DNA from: an uncultured bacterium
GTDB lineage: Bacteria > Deinococcota > Deinococci > Deinococcales > Marinithermaceae
Assembly: GCA_964469895.1 (NCBI GenBank)
Contig: CAYYAB010000001.1
Coordinates: forward strand, 1,695 to 65,694
Direction of reading: 5' to 3'
DNA: 64,000 nt
Positions within the stretch are counted from its first letter, which is position 1. Each line of letters starts with the position of its first letter. Below, in pieces: positions 26,486-36,809 of the stretch. The translations under genes and the position numbers were made by a program. The notes beneath the pieces are model-generated. The model searched no databases. It saw nothing but the letters and a program-made list of their open reading frames with translations, and was not told where the DNA came from.

Positions 26486-27613
26486 TTGAACCGGGAAGAC
26501 CGGCTTCGCCGAGTGCTTTTGGCCGCTAGGCGCCACCCTGTCTACGCCGATCGGTTTCGCGGCCTGGATCCCGAGCGCTTTACCCTTTCCGACCTCGCCG
26601 AGCTCCCCCCCACCACCCGCGAGGACTGGCTTATGTACCTGGCGGAAAACCCGAGAGCACCCGAGGGCACGGCACTCGTTCACTTCACCCCAAGCCCGGC
26701 GCTCGGCTGGATGCCGGAGTACCTCTCGGCCGAGGATCTCAGGCTTCAGGCCGAGGGGACCGCGGCCTACTTCCGGGAGCTCGGGCTCGGGGGCGTGGCC
26801 CTCGTTACCTTCGGCTACCACGTTTTCGCCGGCGGATGGCTCTTCACCCAGGGCCTTGTCGAGGCGGGGGTGGGGGTTTTACCCCACGGCCCGGGCGAGG
26901 CCGAGCGGGCGGTGGAGCTCGCAAGGAGAAGCGGGGCAGCGGGGCTCGTGACCAACCCCTCGTTCGCCCTCCGGCTCGCCGAGGCGGGGCTCCGGGTGCG
27001 CTGGATGCTCGGGGCGGGGGAGCCCTTTACCTCGGTGGCGGGGCTTAGGGAGCGGGTCGAGGCCGCGCTCGGCGCCAAAGCCTTCGACGTCTTCGGCACC
27101 TCCGAGCTCGGCCTGGTGGCAGGGGAGGGGCCGGAGCAGGCGGGGCTTTTGGAGCTTCCGTGGATGGCGGTGCTCGAGGTTTTGGACCCCGAAACCCTCC
27201 AGCCGGTGGCCGAGGGGGAGCGGGGCGAGCTCGTGGTCACCGCCCTTTCCCGCACCCTGATGCCGATGGTCCGCTTCCGCACCGGCGACCTCGCGGTTTA
27301 CGGGGGCAGGCGAGCCGGGCGGGTGGTGCTCCCCCACGGCGTGGTCGGCCGGGTGGATGGGATGGTCAAGGTCAAGGGGGTGAAGCTCTACCCCTCGGAG
27401 CTTGCGAGCGTGCTCCGGGCCTTTGGGATCGAGCGCTACCGGGTGGTGGTGGAGCGGAAGCCCTCGGGGACCGACGCGTTCGTGCTCGAGGTGGTGGCCG
27501 AGGCGGTGCCCGAGGGGGTGGCGGAGGCGGTGCGGGCCCGTACCGGTATCCGGCCCGACCGGGTCGTGGCGCGCCCCGAGCTTCCCGAAGGCTTGCTCCT
27601 GGATCGCCGCTAA
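26486..27613 (+). CDS. adenylate-forming enzyme of the phenylacetate-CoA ligase / coenzyme F390 synthetase family
   Basis: PaaK-like layout with FGTSELG, RFRTGDL and a C-terminal KVKGVKLYPSELASVL motif. TTG start. Confidence 0.65.
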   Translation: MNREDRLRRVLLAARRHPVYADRFRGLDPERFTLSDLAELPPTTREDWLMYLAENPRAPEGTALVHFTPSPALGWMPEYLSAEDLRLQAEGTAAYFRELGLGGVALVTFGYHVFAGGWLFTQGLVEAGVGVLPHGPGEAERAVELARRSGAAGLVTNPSFALRLAEAGLRVRWMLGAGEPFTSVAGLRERVEAALGAKAFDVFGTSELGLVAGEGPEQAGLLELPWMAVLEVLDPETLQPVAEGERGELVVTALSRTLMPMVRFRTGDLAVYGGRRAGRVVLPHGVVGRVDGMVKVKGVKLYPSELASVLRAFGIERYRVVVERKPSGTDAFVLEVVAEAVPEGVAEAVRARTGIRPDRVVARPELPEGLLLDRR

Positions 27614-27668
27614 AAGCCCCCAGGGGGCGGCCCGGCCGCCGCCCCCTGGAGACCGGGAGGTGGGGCGG

Positions 27669-28262
27669 TTAGAGGAAGCGCGCTTCAATCACCGCGCGCT
27701 CGATCTCGTAGCTTCCCGAAACCGTCGGAGTGCAGTTTTCGGTCTGGCCGGTGAGCCCTTCGAGCTCGATCCGGATTCCCAAGGTGGCCTGGCCCGAGAG
27801 GATCGCTTGGATCTGGTCCCGGTCGAGCGCGGCGCGGCCTTCGAGGACGAAGCCACCCGAGGGCTCGAGCGTGATCTCGGTGGCGAGACCACTTAGCGGC
27901 GCGTCCCAGGGCGGGGGTTTGGGCGCCAGGTAGCCGGTGGCCCGGAGGGTGCCCCCGAGCCCGCTCACGCAGTCGAAGTTGTAGTTTACCCGGGCCTTGA
28001 AGTCGAGCACCAGGCTTGCCGGGCTCGCCGGCAGGTTGGGCGCGGGAAACTCGACGGTGAGGCCGTCGTCGCTCGGAAGGTTCAGGGCGAGGTTTCCGAT
28101 CGTGCTGAGGTCGGTGTTTTGCGGAACGTCCAGGGCGTGGTGGAAGGCTTGCTGGTCGAGCCCCGCGTCCCGCAGTGCGGGCAAGAGGTCCACCGTAACG
28201 GGGAGGGGGCCGCAGGCTGAAAAAACCAAGGCAAGCGGGATAAGGAACAGGGCGCGTTTCAT
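27669..28262 (-). CDS. hypothetical lipoprotein
   Basis: Lipobox signal peptide MKRALFLIPLALVFSAC. No recognised domain. Confidence 0.65.
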   Translation of the reverse strand: MKRALFLIPLALVFSACGPLPVTVDLLPALRDAGLDQQAFHHALDVPQNTDLSTIGNLALNLPSDDGLTVEFPAPNLPASPASLVLDFKARVNYNFDCVSGLGGTLRATGYLAPKPPPWDAPLSGLATEITLEPSGGFVLEGRAALDRDQIQAILSGQATLGIRIELEGLTGQTENCTPTVSGSYEIERAVIEARFL

Positions 28263-28326
28263 TCTTTCACCTCCGACCCGGAGCGTAGAGCGAAGGCGTT
28301 AACTGGGCGTAAATGTTGCTTTTCGC

Positions 28327-28872
28327 TCAGCGCTCGGGGGAGGTGCCGTTTCTCTCTTTTTGCGGCATGAAGGGGTTGGGGATCTCGGGCAGGGGGGTGA
28401 AGCGGTCCACCGCGTCGATGAGCTTTTGCGCCGTGGTCTCCCGAAAGGCCACCACCTCGACCCGGATACCCCGGTCCATGAGGACTTCCAGGATGTCCAC
28501 GAAGTCGCCGTCGCCGCTCCCGAGCACGACCACGTCGAGGTGGTCCATCAGCCGCACCATGTCGGCGGCGATCCCCATGTCCCAGTTCCCCTCGTAGATC
28601 GGCTTGCCGTCGTCGGTGGTGTGGTGGACCTGAAGGGTCATCCGGCGGACGCGGTAGCCGATTGTCGAGAGCTTGTAGATGAAGGGCCAGGCGGAGGTGT
28701 CCCCCTCGCGCTCGACCACGTAGGCGATGGCGTGGACGAGCTCGCGGCCCTCGGTGGCGAACTTGAGGAGGCTTTCGAAGTTGATATTGGCGCCGTAGTT
28801 CTCCTTGGCGGAGTGGTAGAGGTTTTGGGTGTCGACGAAGAGCCCAACCCGGGGCAGGGCGCGGCAGTTCAC
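28327..28872 (-). CDS. NYN-domain (LabA/DUF88, PIN-like) putative ribonuclease
   Basis: VGLFVDTQNLYHS and DMGIAADMV..VVVLGSGDGDFVDILEVL are the NYN acidic motifs. 4-nt overlap with the upstream phosphoesterase gene. Confidence 0.8.
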   Translation of the reverse strand: MNCRALPRVGLFVDTQNLYHSAKENYGANINFESLLKFATEGRELVHAIAYVVEREGDTSAWPFIYKLSTIGYRVRRMTLQVHHTTDDGKPIYEGNWDMGIAADMVRLMDHLDVVVLGSGDGDFVDILEVLMDRGIRVEVVAFRETTAQKLIDAVDRFTPLPEIPNPFMPQKERNGTSPER

Positions 28873-29624
28873 GGGTGCATCACCTCCCGGGCGAGGCGGG
28901 GCACGTGGACGAAGACGTCTTCGGGGCGCTCGCCGTAGTAGCGCTGGCGGACGGTGATGCGGGCGGGCTCGAGCTCGAGCACCGCGTAGCTCGGGAGCCC
29001 CTTGCCGCGCACCCGGTTGGTGGTGGCGGTGCCCGCGTTCACGATCAGCATCCCCTCGAACCGCCAGACCCAGGGGACGTGCTTGTGCCCGGTGAGCACC
29101 AGGTCCACCCCGTGGTCCACGAGGAGCTTGAGGAGGTCCCCGGCGTCTTGCAGGATGTTCCGCTCCCGCCCGGCCCCCGGCACGGGGAGCAGGTGGTGGT
29201 GGGTGACGAAGACCTTCAGCGCCCCTTCGTCGGCGTGGGCGAGCGCCTCCTCCAGCCAGGGGTAGATGGTGCGCCCGATCCGGCCCTCGTCGAGGTCGGG
29301 CTCGGAGGAGTCGGCGGCCACGAAGTAGACCCCAGGGAGCCGGAGGGTGCGGTAGCGGGGGCCGAAGAGCTCCTCGAAGTGGACGTACCCCACGTTTCGC
29401 GAGTCGTGGTTGCCCGGGGTGACCAGGATCGGCGCCTCGATCCGGTCGATCCAGGCCTTGGCCTCGGCGTACTGGTAGCCGAGCCCCTTGTCGGTGAGGT
29501 CCCCGGCGAGGACGACGAGGTCGGGGTGGTCCGCGTTGATCTCCTCGATCAGCCGCTCGAAGAGCTCGGGCACGAAGTGGCTCGAACCCACGTGGATGTC
29601 GGAGACGTGGTAGACCCGCGGCAT
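28869..29624 (-). CDS. calcineurin-like metallophosphoesterase
   Basis: Motifs VSDIHVG, AGDLTD, GNHD and GHKH. TAGAAT lies 9 nt upstream of the ATG. Confidence 0.85.
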   Translation of the reverse strand: MPRVYHVSDIHVGSSHFVPELFERLIEEINADHPDLVVLAGDLTDKGLGYQYAEAKAWIDRIEAPILVTPGNHDSRNVGYVHFEELFGPRYRTLRLPGVYFVAADSSEPDLDEGRIGRTIYPWLEEALAHADEGALKVFVTHHHLLPVPGAGRERNILQDAGDLLKLLVDHGVDLVLTGHKHVPWVWRFEGMLIVNAGTATTNRVRGKGLPSYAVLELEPARITVRQRYYGERPEDVFVHVPRLAREVMHP

Positions 29625-29643
29625 GCGTAGGCCATTCTACCCG

Positions 29644-30405
29644 CTAGGGTTCGTCCCAGCGGTAGGGGCGGATCGCCGTGGCGCGGCCGCCCTCAAGCTC
29701 GAGCTCCACCGCTAAGAGGCTCGCCCGCCCCTTCGCCGCCCGGAAGGGCTGGGGCAGCGCGGTGAGGAAGCGGGCGAGGAAGCTCTCGGTCTCCCCGCCG
29801 ATGATCGAGTCGTAGGTCCCGGTCATTCCCACGTCGGTGAGGAACGCGGTGCCCCGCTCGCTGATTTGGGCGTCGGCGGTGGGGACGTGGGTGTGGGTTC
29901 CGAGAAGGGCGCTCACCCGGCCGTCTAAATAGTGAAAAAGGGCGTACTTTTCGCTGGTGACCTCGGCGTGCACGTCCACGAGCCGGTTTTCGGCCTCGTT
30001 TTCCGCGAGGATCCGGTCCGCCGTCTGAAAGGGGGAGTCAAGGTTCGGCTCCAAAAAGACCCGACCCATGAGCTGGAAAAGCAAGAGCCGCTCGCCCCCG
30101 GCCTCGAGCACGAGCCGGTCCCTTCCGGGCGCGCCCGGCGGGTAGTTGGCCGCCCGGAGGATGGGCTCGGTTTCGATGAACTCGAGGATTTCCTTTTTAT
30201 CGAAGGCGTGGTTTCCCAGCGTGATCGCGTCCACCCCGGCGTCCCGAAGCATCCGGTAGTGCTTCTTGGTAAGCCCCTTGCCGCCGGAGGCGTTCTCGGC
30301 GTTCGCGATCACCAGGTGGTATCGGTCGCGAATGTCGGGAAGATGCAGCCGGACCGCCCGTAGGCCCGGATCGGCGGTGACGTCGCCGATGAAGAGAAGA
30401 CGCAT
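29644..30405 (-). CDS. ymdB: YmdB-family 2',3'-cyclic-nucleotide 2'-phosphodiesterase (TIGR00282-type metallophosphoesterase)
   Basis: MRLLFIGDVTADPGLRAV..VIANAENASGGKGLT..ITLGNHAFD is the YmdB signature. Start chosen at ATG 30405, preceded by TACAAT (30417-30412) and 6 nt. Confidence 0.85.
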   Translation of the reverse strand: MRLLFIGDVTADPGLRAVRLHLPDIRDRYHLVIANAENASGGKGLTKKHYRMLRDAGVDAITLGNHAFDKKEILEFIETEPILRAANYPPGAPGRDRLVLEAGGERLLLFQLMGRVFLEPNLDSPFQTADRILAENEAENRLVDVHAEVTSEKYALFHYLDGRVSALLGTHTHVPTADAQISERGTAFLTDVGMTGTYDSIIGGETESFLARFLTALPQPFRAAKGRASLLAVELELEGGRATAIRPYRWDEP

Positions 30406-30433
30406 GTCCGCATTGTAAGCAAGTTTCACAAGC

Positions 30434-31915
30434 TTAGAGGGCGACGCTGACCCGAGGAGCGGGTACCGCCGGCTCCGGCTGGTTGAAGGGGTCGTTCCAG
30501 CCTACGGCGGCGAGGGCTTCCTTCCACCGGGCATAGTTTTCCTGGTCAGCAAGCCGCAAAGCGGCAAGCCCGACCTCGGGTCCGCCCCGGGCGATCACCG
30601 CCTCCACCCAGGCCCAGCGGGCGCTCACCGAGCGGAGCTCGATGCGGGCCCGGTGCCGCCCCAGTTTTTTCGCGATGAACTTGAGTCTTTTTTCGATCGT
30701 CTTCACCCCGGCGAAGGCATCGGCGAAGTGGGGGGTGTGGCGCTTGGGGACGAAGGGGCTCACGGTGAGGGCGAGCCGGGCGTACTGGCTGAGCTCGACG
30801 GCGAGCTCCACCATCTCCTCGAGGTCGGCCTCGGTCTCGGTGGGCAGGCCGATCATCTGGTAGAGCTTAAAGCGCTTAAAGCCCGCCTCTTTGGCGATCT
30901 TGGCGGTGCGAAGGAGGTCTTCGGTGGTGATTTGTTTTTTCAAGAGGTCCCGGATGCGCTGGCTCGGGCCGTCGGCGGCGAAGGTGAAGCTCTGCATGCC
31001 GCCGGCGCGCATGAGCTCGGCGAGCTCGAGGTCCACCCGATCGGCGCGGATCGAGGAATAGCTGAACTGCTGGCCCCGTTCCACCAGCGCCCGGGATAGC
31101 TCCTTGATCCACGGGTAGTCGGTGAGGGCGGCGCCGATCAGCCCCACCTTGGGCACATCCTCGGGGATCGCGGCAAGCACCCGGTCCAGGGGCACGTTCC
31201 GGGTCGGCCCGTACATCACCCGGGCGAGGCAAAAGGTGCAGGGGCGGGGGCAACCCCGCTCTACCTCAATCAAGAAGGTGTTCGGGAACTCGGCGTCCGG
31301 GGTGACGAACTGCGCCGCCGCCGGAAGGGTTTCCGGCCTCGCGGTGGCGAAGTGGGGCTCGCGCGTCATGCGGTCCGGGAGAAAGACCCCGGGAAGTCCC
31401 TCGATAAGGTCCAAAAACTCGGCCCTGCTCTCCGCGTTCCGGTAGGCCTCGAAGAGGGCGGGGATCGTCTCTTCCCCGTCGCCGATCAGGATCACGTCGG
31501 CGAAGGGGGTAAGCGGCCAGGGGTTGGAGGAGGTGAGCGGGCCCCCGACGATCACCAAGGGGTCGCCCTCGTCCCGCTTCGTCCGGAGCGGCTCGATCCG
31601 GCTCCGCAGGAGAAGCCGCGCGAGGTTGGTGAGGTCGAGCTCGTAGGCGATGGAGACTGCAAAGATCTCCGCCTCGCCCGCCCGTCGCCCGGACTCATAG
31701 GTGATGAGCTCGCCGGGGAGCTCCTCCAGGAACACCCGCTCGGCTACCACATCGGGTTCGACGTTCATGAGCTTGTAGGCCACCTGGAAGCCGAGCGAGG
31801 CCATGCCCACCTTGTAGGTGTTGGGATACGCGAGGGTCACCCGGATCGGGGCGTCCTTATGGATCGCCCCCCTTTCCCGGGCGCGGCGCGCGCGAATCAG
31901 CTCCAAAAGATCCAC
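30434..31915 (-). CDS. radical SAM protein with N-terminal B12-binding-like domain (TIGR03960-like, function unknown)
   Basis: YPNTYKVGMASLGFQVAYKL plus the cluster motif CPRPCTFC. GTG start preceded by TAAAGT plus 9 nt. Confidence 0.8.
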   Translation of the reverse strand: MDLLELIRARRARERGAIHKDAPIRVTLAYPNTYKVGMASLGFQVAYKLMNVEPDVVAERVFLEELPGELITYESGRRAGEAEIFAVSIAYELDLTNLARLLLRSRIEPLRTKRDEGDPLVIVGGPLTSSNPWPLTPFADVILIGDGEETIPALFEAYRNAESRAEFLDLIEGLPGVFLPDRMTREPHFATARPETLPAAAQFVTPDAEFPNTFLIEVERGCPRPCTFCLARVMYGPTRNVPLDRVLAAIPEDVPKVGLIGAALTDYPWIKELSRALVERGQQFSYSSIRADRVDLELAELMRAGGMQSFTFAADGPSQRIRDLLKKQITTEDLLRTAKIAKEAGFKRFKLYQMIGLPTETEADLEEMVELAVELSQYARLALTVSPFVPKRHTPHFADAFAGVKTIEKRLKFIAKKLGRHRARIELRSVSARWAWVEAVIARGGPEVGLAALRLADQENYARWKEALAAVGWNDPFNQPEPAVPAPRVSVAL

Positions 31916-31950
31916 TAAGTTTCTACTTTAGCAAAGGGAAAAAGCTTTGC

Positions 31951-32196
31951 CTAGCCTTCGGCCTTCGAGCCCTTTCGGGAGAGCCATTGCACCAGCAGGT
32001 AGACGATGCCCGCCACCAGGAGCGCGGGCACCAGGAAGTAAAGCAGCGCGACGATCAGCTTGGAGACCGCGAGGAAGATCTTGCCGAGGAGGACGAAGAG
32101 CCATCCCCCGAGCCAAAAGGCCACCAGGGCAACCACCGCGACCAAAAGCCCCAGCACCACCCATTCGAGGATTTCTTCCAACGTGTAGTTCGCCAC
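31951..32196 (-). CDS. small membrane protein (two or three TM helices)
   Basis: Strongly hydrophobic segments VVLGLLVAVVALVAFWLGGWLFVLLG and LIVALLYFLVPALLVAGIVYLLV. No homology recalled. Confidence 0.55.
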   Translation of the reverse strand: MANYTLEEILEWVVLGLLVAVVALVAFWLGGWLFVLLGKIFLAVSKLIVALLYFLVPALLVAGIVYLLVQWLSRKGSKAEG

Positions 32197-32250
32197 CGCC
32201 CCTCCTTTGGAGTCAGGCTAAAGCCCGCATGCGTGGTTTGCAAGCCGATA

Positions 32251-32946
32251 ATGGGAGCGGTGCGCGATCGCTACCGCAGCTACGAGGGGGTGGTTTTGCG
32301 CCGTCGGCCCCTACCCTCCGGCGATCTGGTGGTGGGCCTCCTCACCCCGGAGGGGCCGGTCGAGGCCCTGGCCAAAAGCGCCCAGCGCCCCGGCGGCCGC
32401 TCGGGCCGGATCGGGCTTTTCTACCGCGTGGATTTCCAGGTCTACCGGAGGCCGGGGCGCGATCTTTTCACCCTGACCCAGGTGGCGCTAAAGGAGGCGC
32501 TGGCCGCCCGGGAGCCGCTCCGCTACGCCGCCCAGGGCTTCCTCGCGGAGCTCGCCTGGAAGGCGGTCTCGCCCGAGGTCGCTCCCCGGGGCTACCCGGT
32601 GCTCCTTTCGGGCTTGCGCGGGGTTCGGGACGCCGAGGATCCCCGCGTCCCCCTGGTCTGGGCGGGTTTTCGCCTCTTGGTGCACGCGGGCTATGCTCCC
32701 GCGGGTTCGGGGCCCTACCTCCGGCTCGAGGGGCGGCTCGACCGGGAACCGGGACCGGGCGCGGTCTTCCTCGGCGAGGCCGGAGAGGCTGCGCTTCGGG
32801 CGGTACGCGCCCGCCCAGGAAAGGAGGCGATCGCCGAGCTGGAGAAGGCGCCGCTCGACCGGTTGGTGGAGGCACTCCTCCGCTACGCCGAGGCCCAGCT
32901 CGAGGGGCTCTTGAGTATCCGCGCCCTGCGCCGCCTCCTCTCGTAA
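32251..32946 (+). CDS. recO: DNA repair protein RecO
   Basis: Start chosen at ATG 32251. YRSYEGVVLRRRPLPSGDLVVGLLTPEGPVEALAKSA is OB-fold N-domain-like, and the length (231 aa) is typical of Thermus-type RecO. Confidence 0.75.
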   Translation: MGAVRDRYRSYEGVVLRRRPLPSGDLVVGLLTPEGPVEALAKSAQRPGGRSGRIGLFYRVDFQVYRRPGRDLFTLTQVALKEALAAREPLRYAAQGFLAELAWKAVSPEVAPRGYPVLLSGLRGVRDAEDPRVPLVWAGFRLLVHAGYAPAGSGPYLRLEGRLDREPGPGAVFLGEAGEAALRAVRARPGKEAIAELEKAPLDRLVEALLRYAEAQLEGLLSIRALRRLLS

Positions 32947-32991
32947 CGGTTTTTTCCCGGCCGTGTAAAATAACGTCATAAGGGAGGGCCC

Positions 32992-34668
<1,677 letters not shown>

Positions 34669-34720
34669 GAGTGCGTGGTCCGTCTCTTTCCCACGCACTA
34701 CGTACCACGCACCTAATAAA

Positions 34721-35146
34721 ATGAACGCAATGGACCGCAAGATCCGGGTACTCATCGCGAAGCCGGGCCTCGACGGCCACGACCGGGGGGCCAAGGTGGT
34801 GGCCCGGGCGCTCCGGGACGCGGGGATGGAGGTGATCTATACGGGGCTGCGCCAGACCCCGGAGATGATCGTCTCCGCCGCGTTGCAAGAGGACGTGGAC
34901 GCGATCGGGCTCTCGATCCTCTCGGGCGCCCACATGCACTACTTCTCCGAGGTGAAGCGGCTTTTGGACGAACAGGGGGCTTCCGACATTTTGCTCTTCG
35001 GTGGCGGGATTATTCCCGACGAGGACGTACCCAAGCTCCTTGCGATGGGGGTGGCCGCGGTCTTCGGGCCCGGCACCTTGACCCAGGACATCGTGGACTT
35101 CTTGAAGCGCGAGGTGCCCAAGAGATGGGCGAAAGCGGGCCTTTGA
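34721..35146 (+). CDS. methylmalonyl-CoA mutase family, small cobalamin-binding subunit
   Basis: [34 protein letters not shown] carries the DxHxxG B12-binding motif. Confidence 0.93.
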   Translation: MNAMDRKIRVLIAKPGLDGHDRGAKVVARALRDAGMEVIYTGLRQTPEMIVSAALQEDVDAIGLSILSGAHMHYFSEVKRLLDEQGASDILLFGGGIIPDEDVPKLLAMGVAAVFGPGTLTQDIVDFLKREVPKRWAKAGL

Positions 35147-35703
35147 TCAGTTGGCTCCGGGTACCAGAGCCCTCCGAGCTCCCCGAGGGGCTAAAAGAGC
35201 TCGTGCGGGCGGCCGAGGAGAAGCTCGGCTTCGTGCCCAACGTGCTTCGCGCCCTGGCTTTAAGGCCGGACCACCTCCTCGCCTGGTGGCGATACTACGA
35301 TCCCCTGATGCGAGGTGAGGGAAAGCTCTCCCGGGCGGAGCGGGAGATGATTGCGCTCGTGGTCTCCCGCCTGAACGACTGCGAGTACTGCCTTGCCTCC
35401 CACAGTTCTTATCTTCGCGAGCTATCCGGGGACCCCACCCTACCCGATCGCATCGTGGCCAACTGGCGCCGGGTGGAGGAGCTTTCGGAGCGCGAGCGGG
35501 CGCTGCTTGCCTTCGCCGAGGCCGTGACCCTGGACTCGGCGCGGCTTGAGCTCGAGGACATCGAGGCGCTGCGCTCGGTAGGCCTGGACGACGAGGCGAT
35601 CTTCGAGGCCGCCGAGGTCGCCGCCATGTTCAACTACACCAACCGGCTATTGAACGCCCTCGGCGTCAAGCCGAACCGGGAGTACTACTTCCGCGGGCGA
35701 TGA
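35125..35703 (+). CDS. carboxymuconolactone decarboxylase / AhpD-like peroxidase-related protein
   Basis: The CEYCLASH (CxxC) motif is typical of the AhpD-core family. Overlaps the upstream gene by 22 nt. Confidence 0.75.
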   Translation: MGESGPLISWLRVPEPSELPEGLKELVRAAEEKLGFVPNVLRALALRPDHLLAWWRYYDPLMRGEGKLSRAEREMIALVVSRLNDCEYCLASHSSYLRELSGDPTLPDRIVANWRRVEELSERERALLAFAEAVTLDSARLELEDIEALRSVGLDDEAIFEAAEVAAMFNYTNRLLNALGVKPNREYYFRGR

Positions 35704-36239
35704 TCCGGGCCCTGATCGCGGGCTACCTCCTCGGCGCCGTGCCCTTCGCGGTGCTATTCGGGCTGCTTCGGCGCAAAAACCTCCTTGTCTTGGGGTCGAA
35801 AAACCCGGGGGCCCTGAACGCGATCCGGGTACTGGGCCCAGTGCCGGGACTGATGGTGCTTTCCCTCGACCTCGCGAAGGGCTTTCTCGCGGTGGCCTTC
35901 GGCGAGGCCTACGGTGGCGTAGCGGGTGCGCTCGCCGCGGGAGCGGCGGCGGTCTGGGGACACGCCTACTCTCCCTTTTTGCTCTTTCGCGGGGGCAAGG
36001 GGATCGCCCCCGCGGTGGGGGCGGCCCTGGCAGTGGATCCGAGGCTCGTGGCTCTCGCCTTCGGGGTCTTTTTGATCTTCTGGGCCGCGACCCGAAGTCC
36101 CTACCGCTCGGCCCTGCTCTCGGCGGCGCTTTTCCCGCTGGTGGCCTTTGGCTACGCCGGCCGGCTGGACCTCGCGCTCTTCGCCCTTTTGGCGGTGGTG
36201 CCCATCGTGCACCGGCATCTTAAGGACTGGCACCGCTAG
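35700..36239 (+). CDS. plsY: glycerol-3-phosphate acyltransferase PlsY
   Basis: GYLLGAVPFA, GSKNPGALNA and FRGGKGIAP motifs. Membrane protein. Confidence 0.85.
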   Translation: MIRALIAGYLLGAVPFAVLFGLLRRKNLLVLGSKNPGALNAIRVLGPVPGLMVLSLDLAKGFLAVAFGEAYGGVAGALAAGAAAVWGHAYSPFLLFRGGKGIAPAVGAALAVDPRLVALAFGVFLIFWAATRSPYRSALLSAALFPLVAFGYAGRLDLALFALLAVVPIVHRHLKDWHR

Positions 36240-36262
36240 GGTACTTTTGCCAAACTTGGAAC

Positions 36263-36799
36263 GTGGACACCCTGTTTGGGGCCCTTACGATTTTCCTTTT
36301 GCGGCTCGTGGACGTGCCGCTTTCCACCGTACGGGTGGTGATGATGGTCCGCGGGCAGCGCCGGGTGGCGGCGGTGCTCGCGTTTTTTGAGTCCCTGGTC
36401 TGGATCGTGGCGATTAGCCAGGTTTTTGCTCGGCTGGACTCGCCCCTCAACATGTTCGCCTTTGCCGCGGGGTTCGCGAGCGGAACCGCGATTGGGATGA
36501 CCCTCGAGGCCTGGTTCGCCCCTGGGCAGGTGCTGGTCCGGGCGATCGTTCGGGAGGGAGCCGATGCCCTGGTCCGGGCGCTTCGGGAGGCTGGCTACGG
36601 GGTCACCCTGGTGCGCGGCGAGGGTCGGGAAGGGGAGGTGCCGATTCTCTTCATCGTCGTGCCCCGGCGGAAGGCGGAGGCGGTGCTCGGGCTGATCCGG
36701 GAGCGGGCCCCGCGGGCCTTCGTCACCGTGGAGGGGGTCCAGCGGGCGATCGGGGGGCATCTGCCGAGCGTGGGGTTTTGGCCGCTCGTGCGCCGGTGA
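36263..36799 (+). CDS. DUF2179 / UPF0316 (YitT C-terminal-like) membrane protein
   Basis: An N-terminal TM region is followed by the GYGVTLVRGEGREGEVPILFIVVPRRK domain. Confidence 0.65.
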   Translation: MDTLFGALTIFLLRLVDVPLSTVRVVMMVRGQRRVAAVLAFFESLVWIVAISQVFARLDSPLNMFAFAAGFASGTAIGMTLEAWFAPGQVLVRAIVREGADALVRALREAGYGVTLVRGEGREGEVPILFIVVPRRKAEAVLGLIRERAPRAFVTVEGVQRAIGGHLPSVGFWPLVRR

Positions 36800-36809
36800 G
36801 GGTTCCCCA

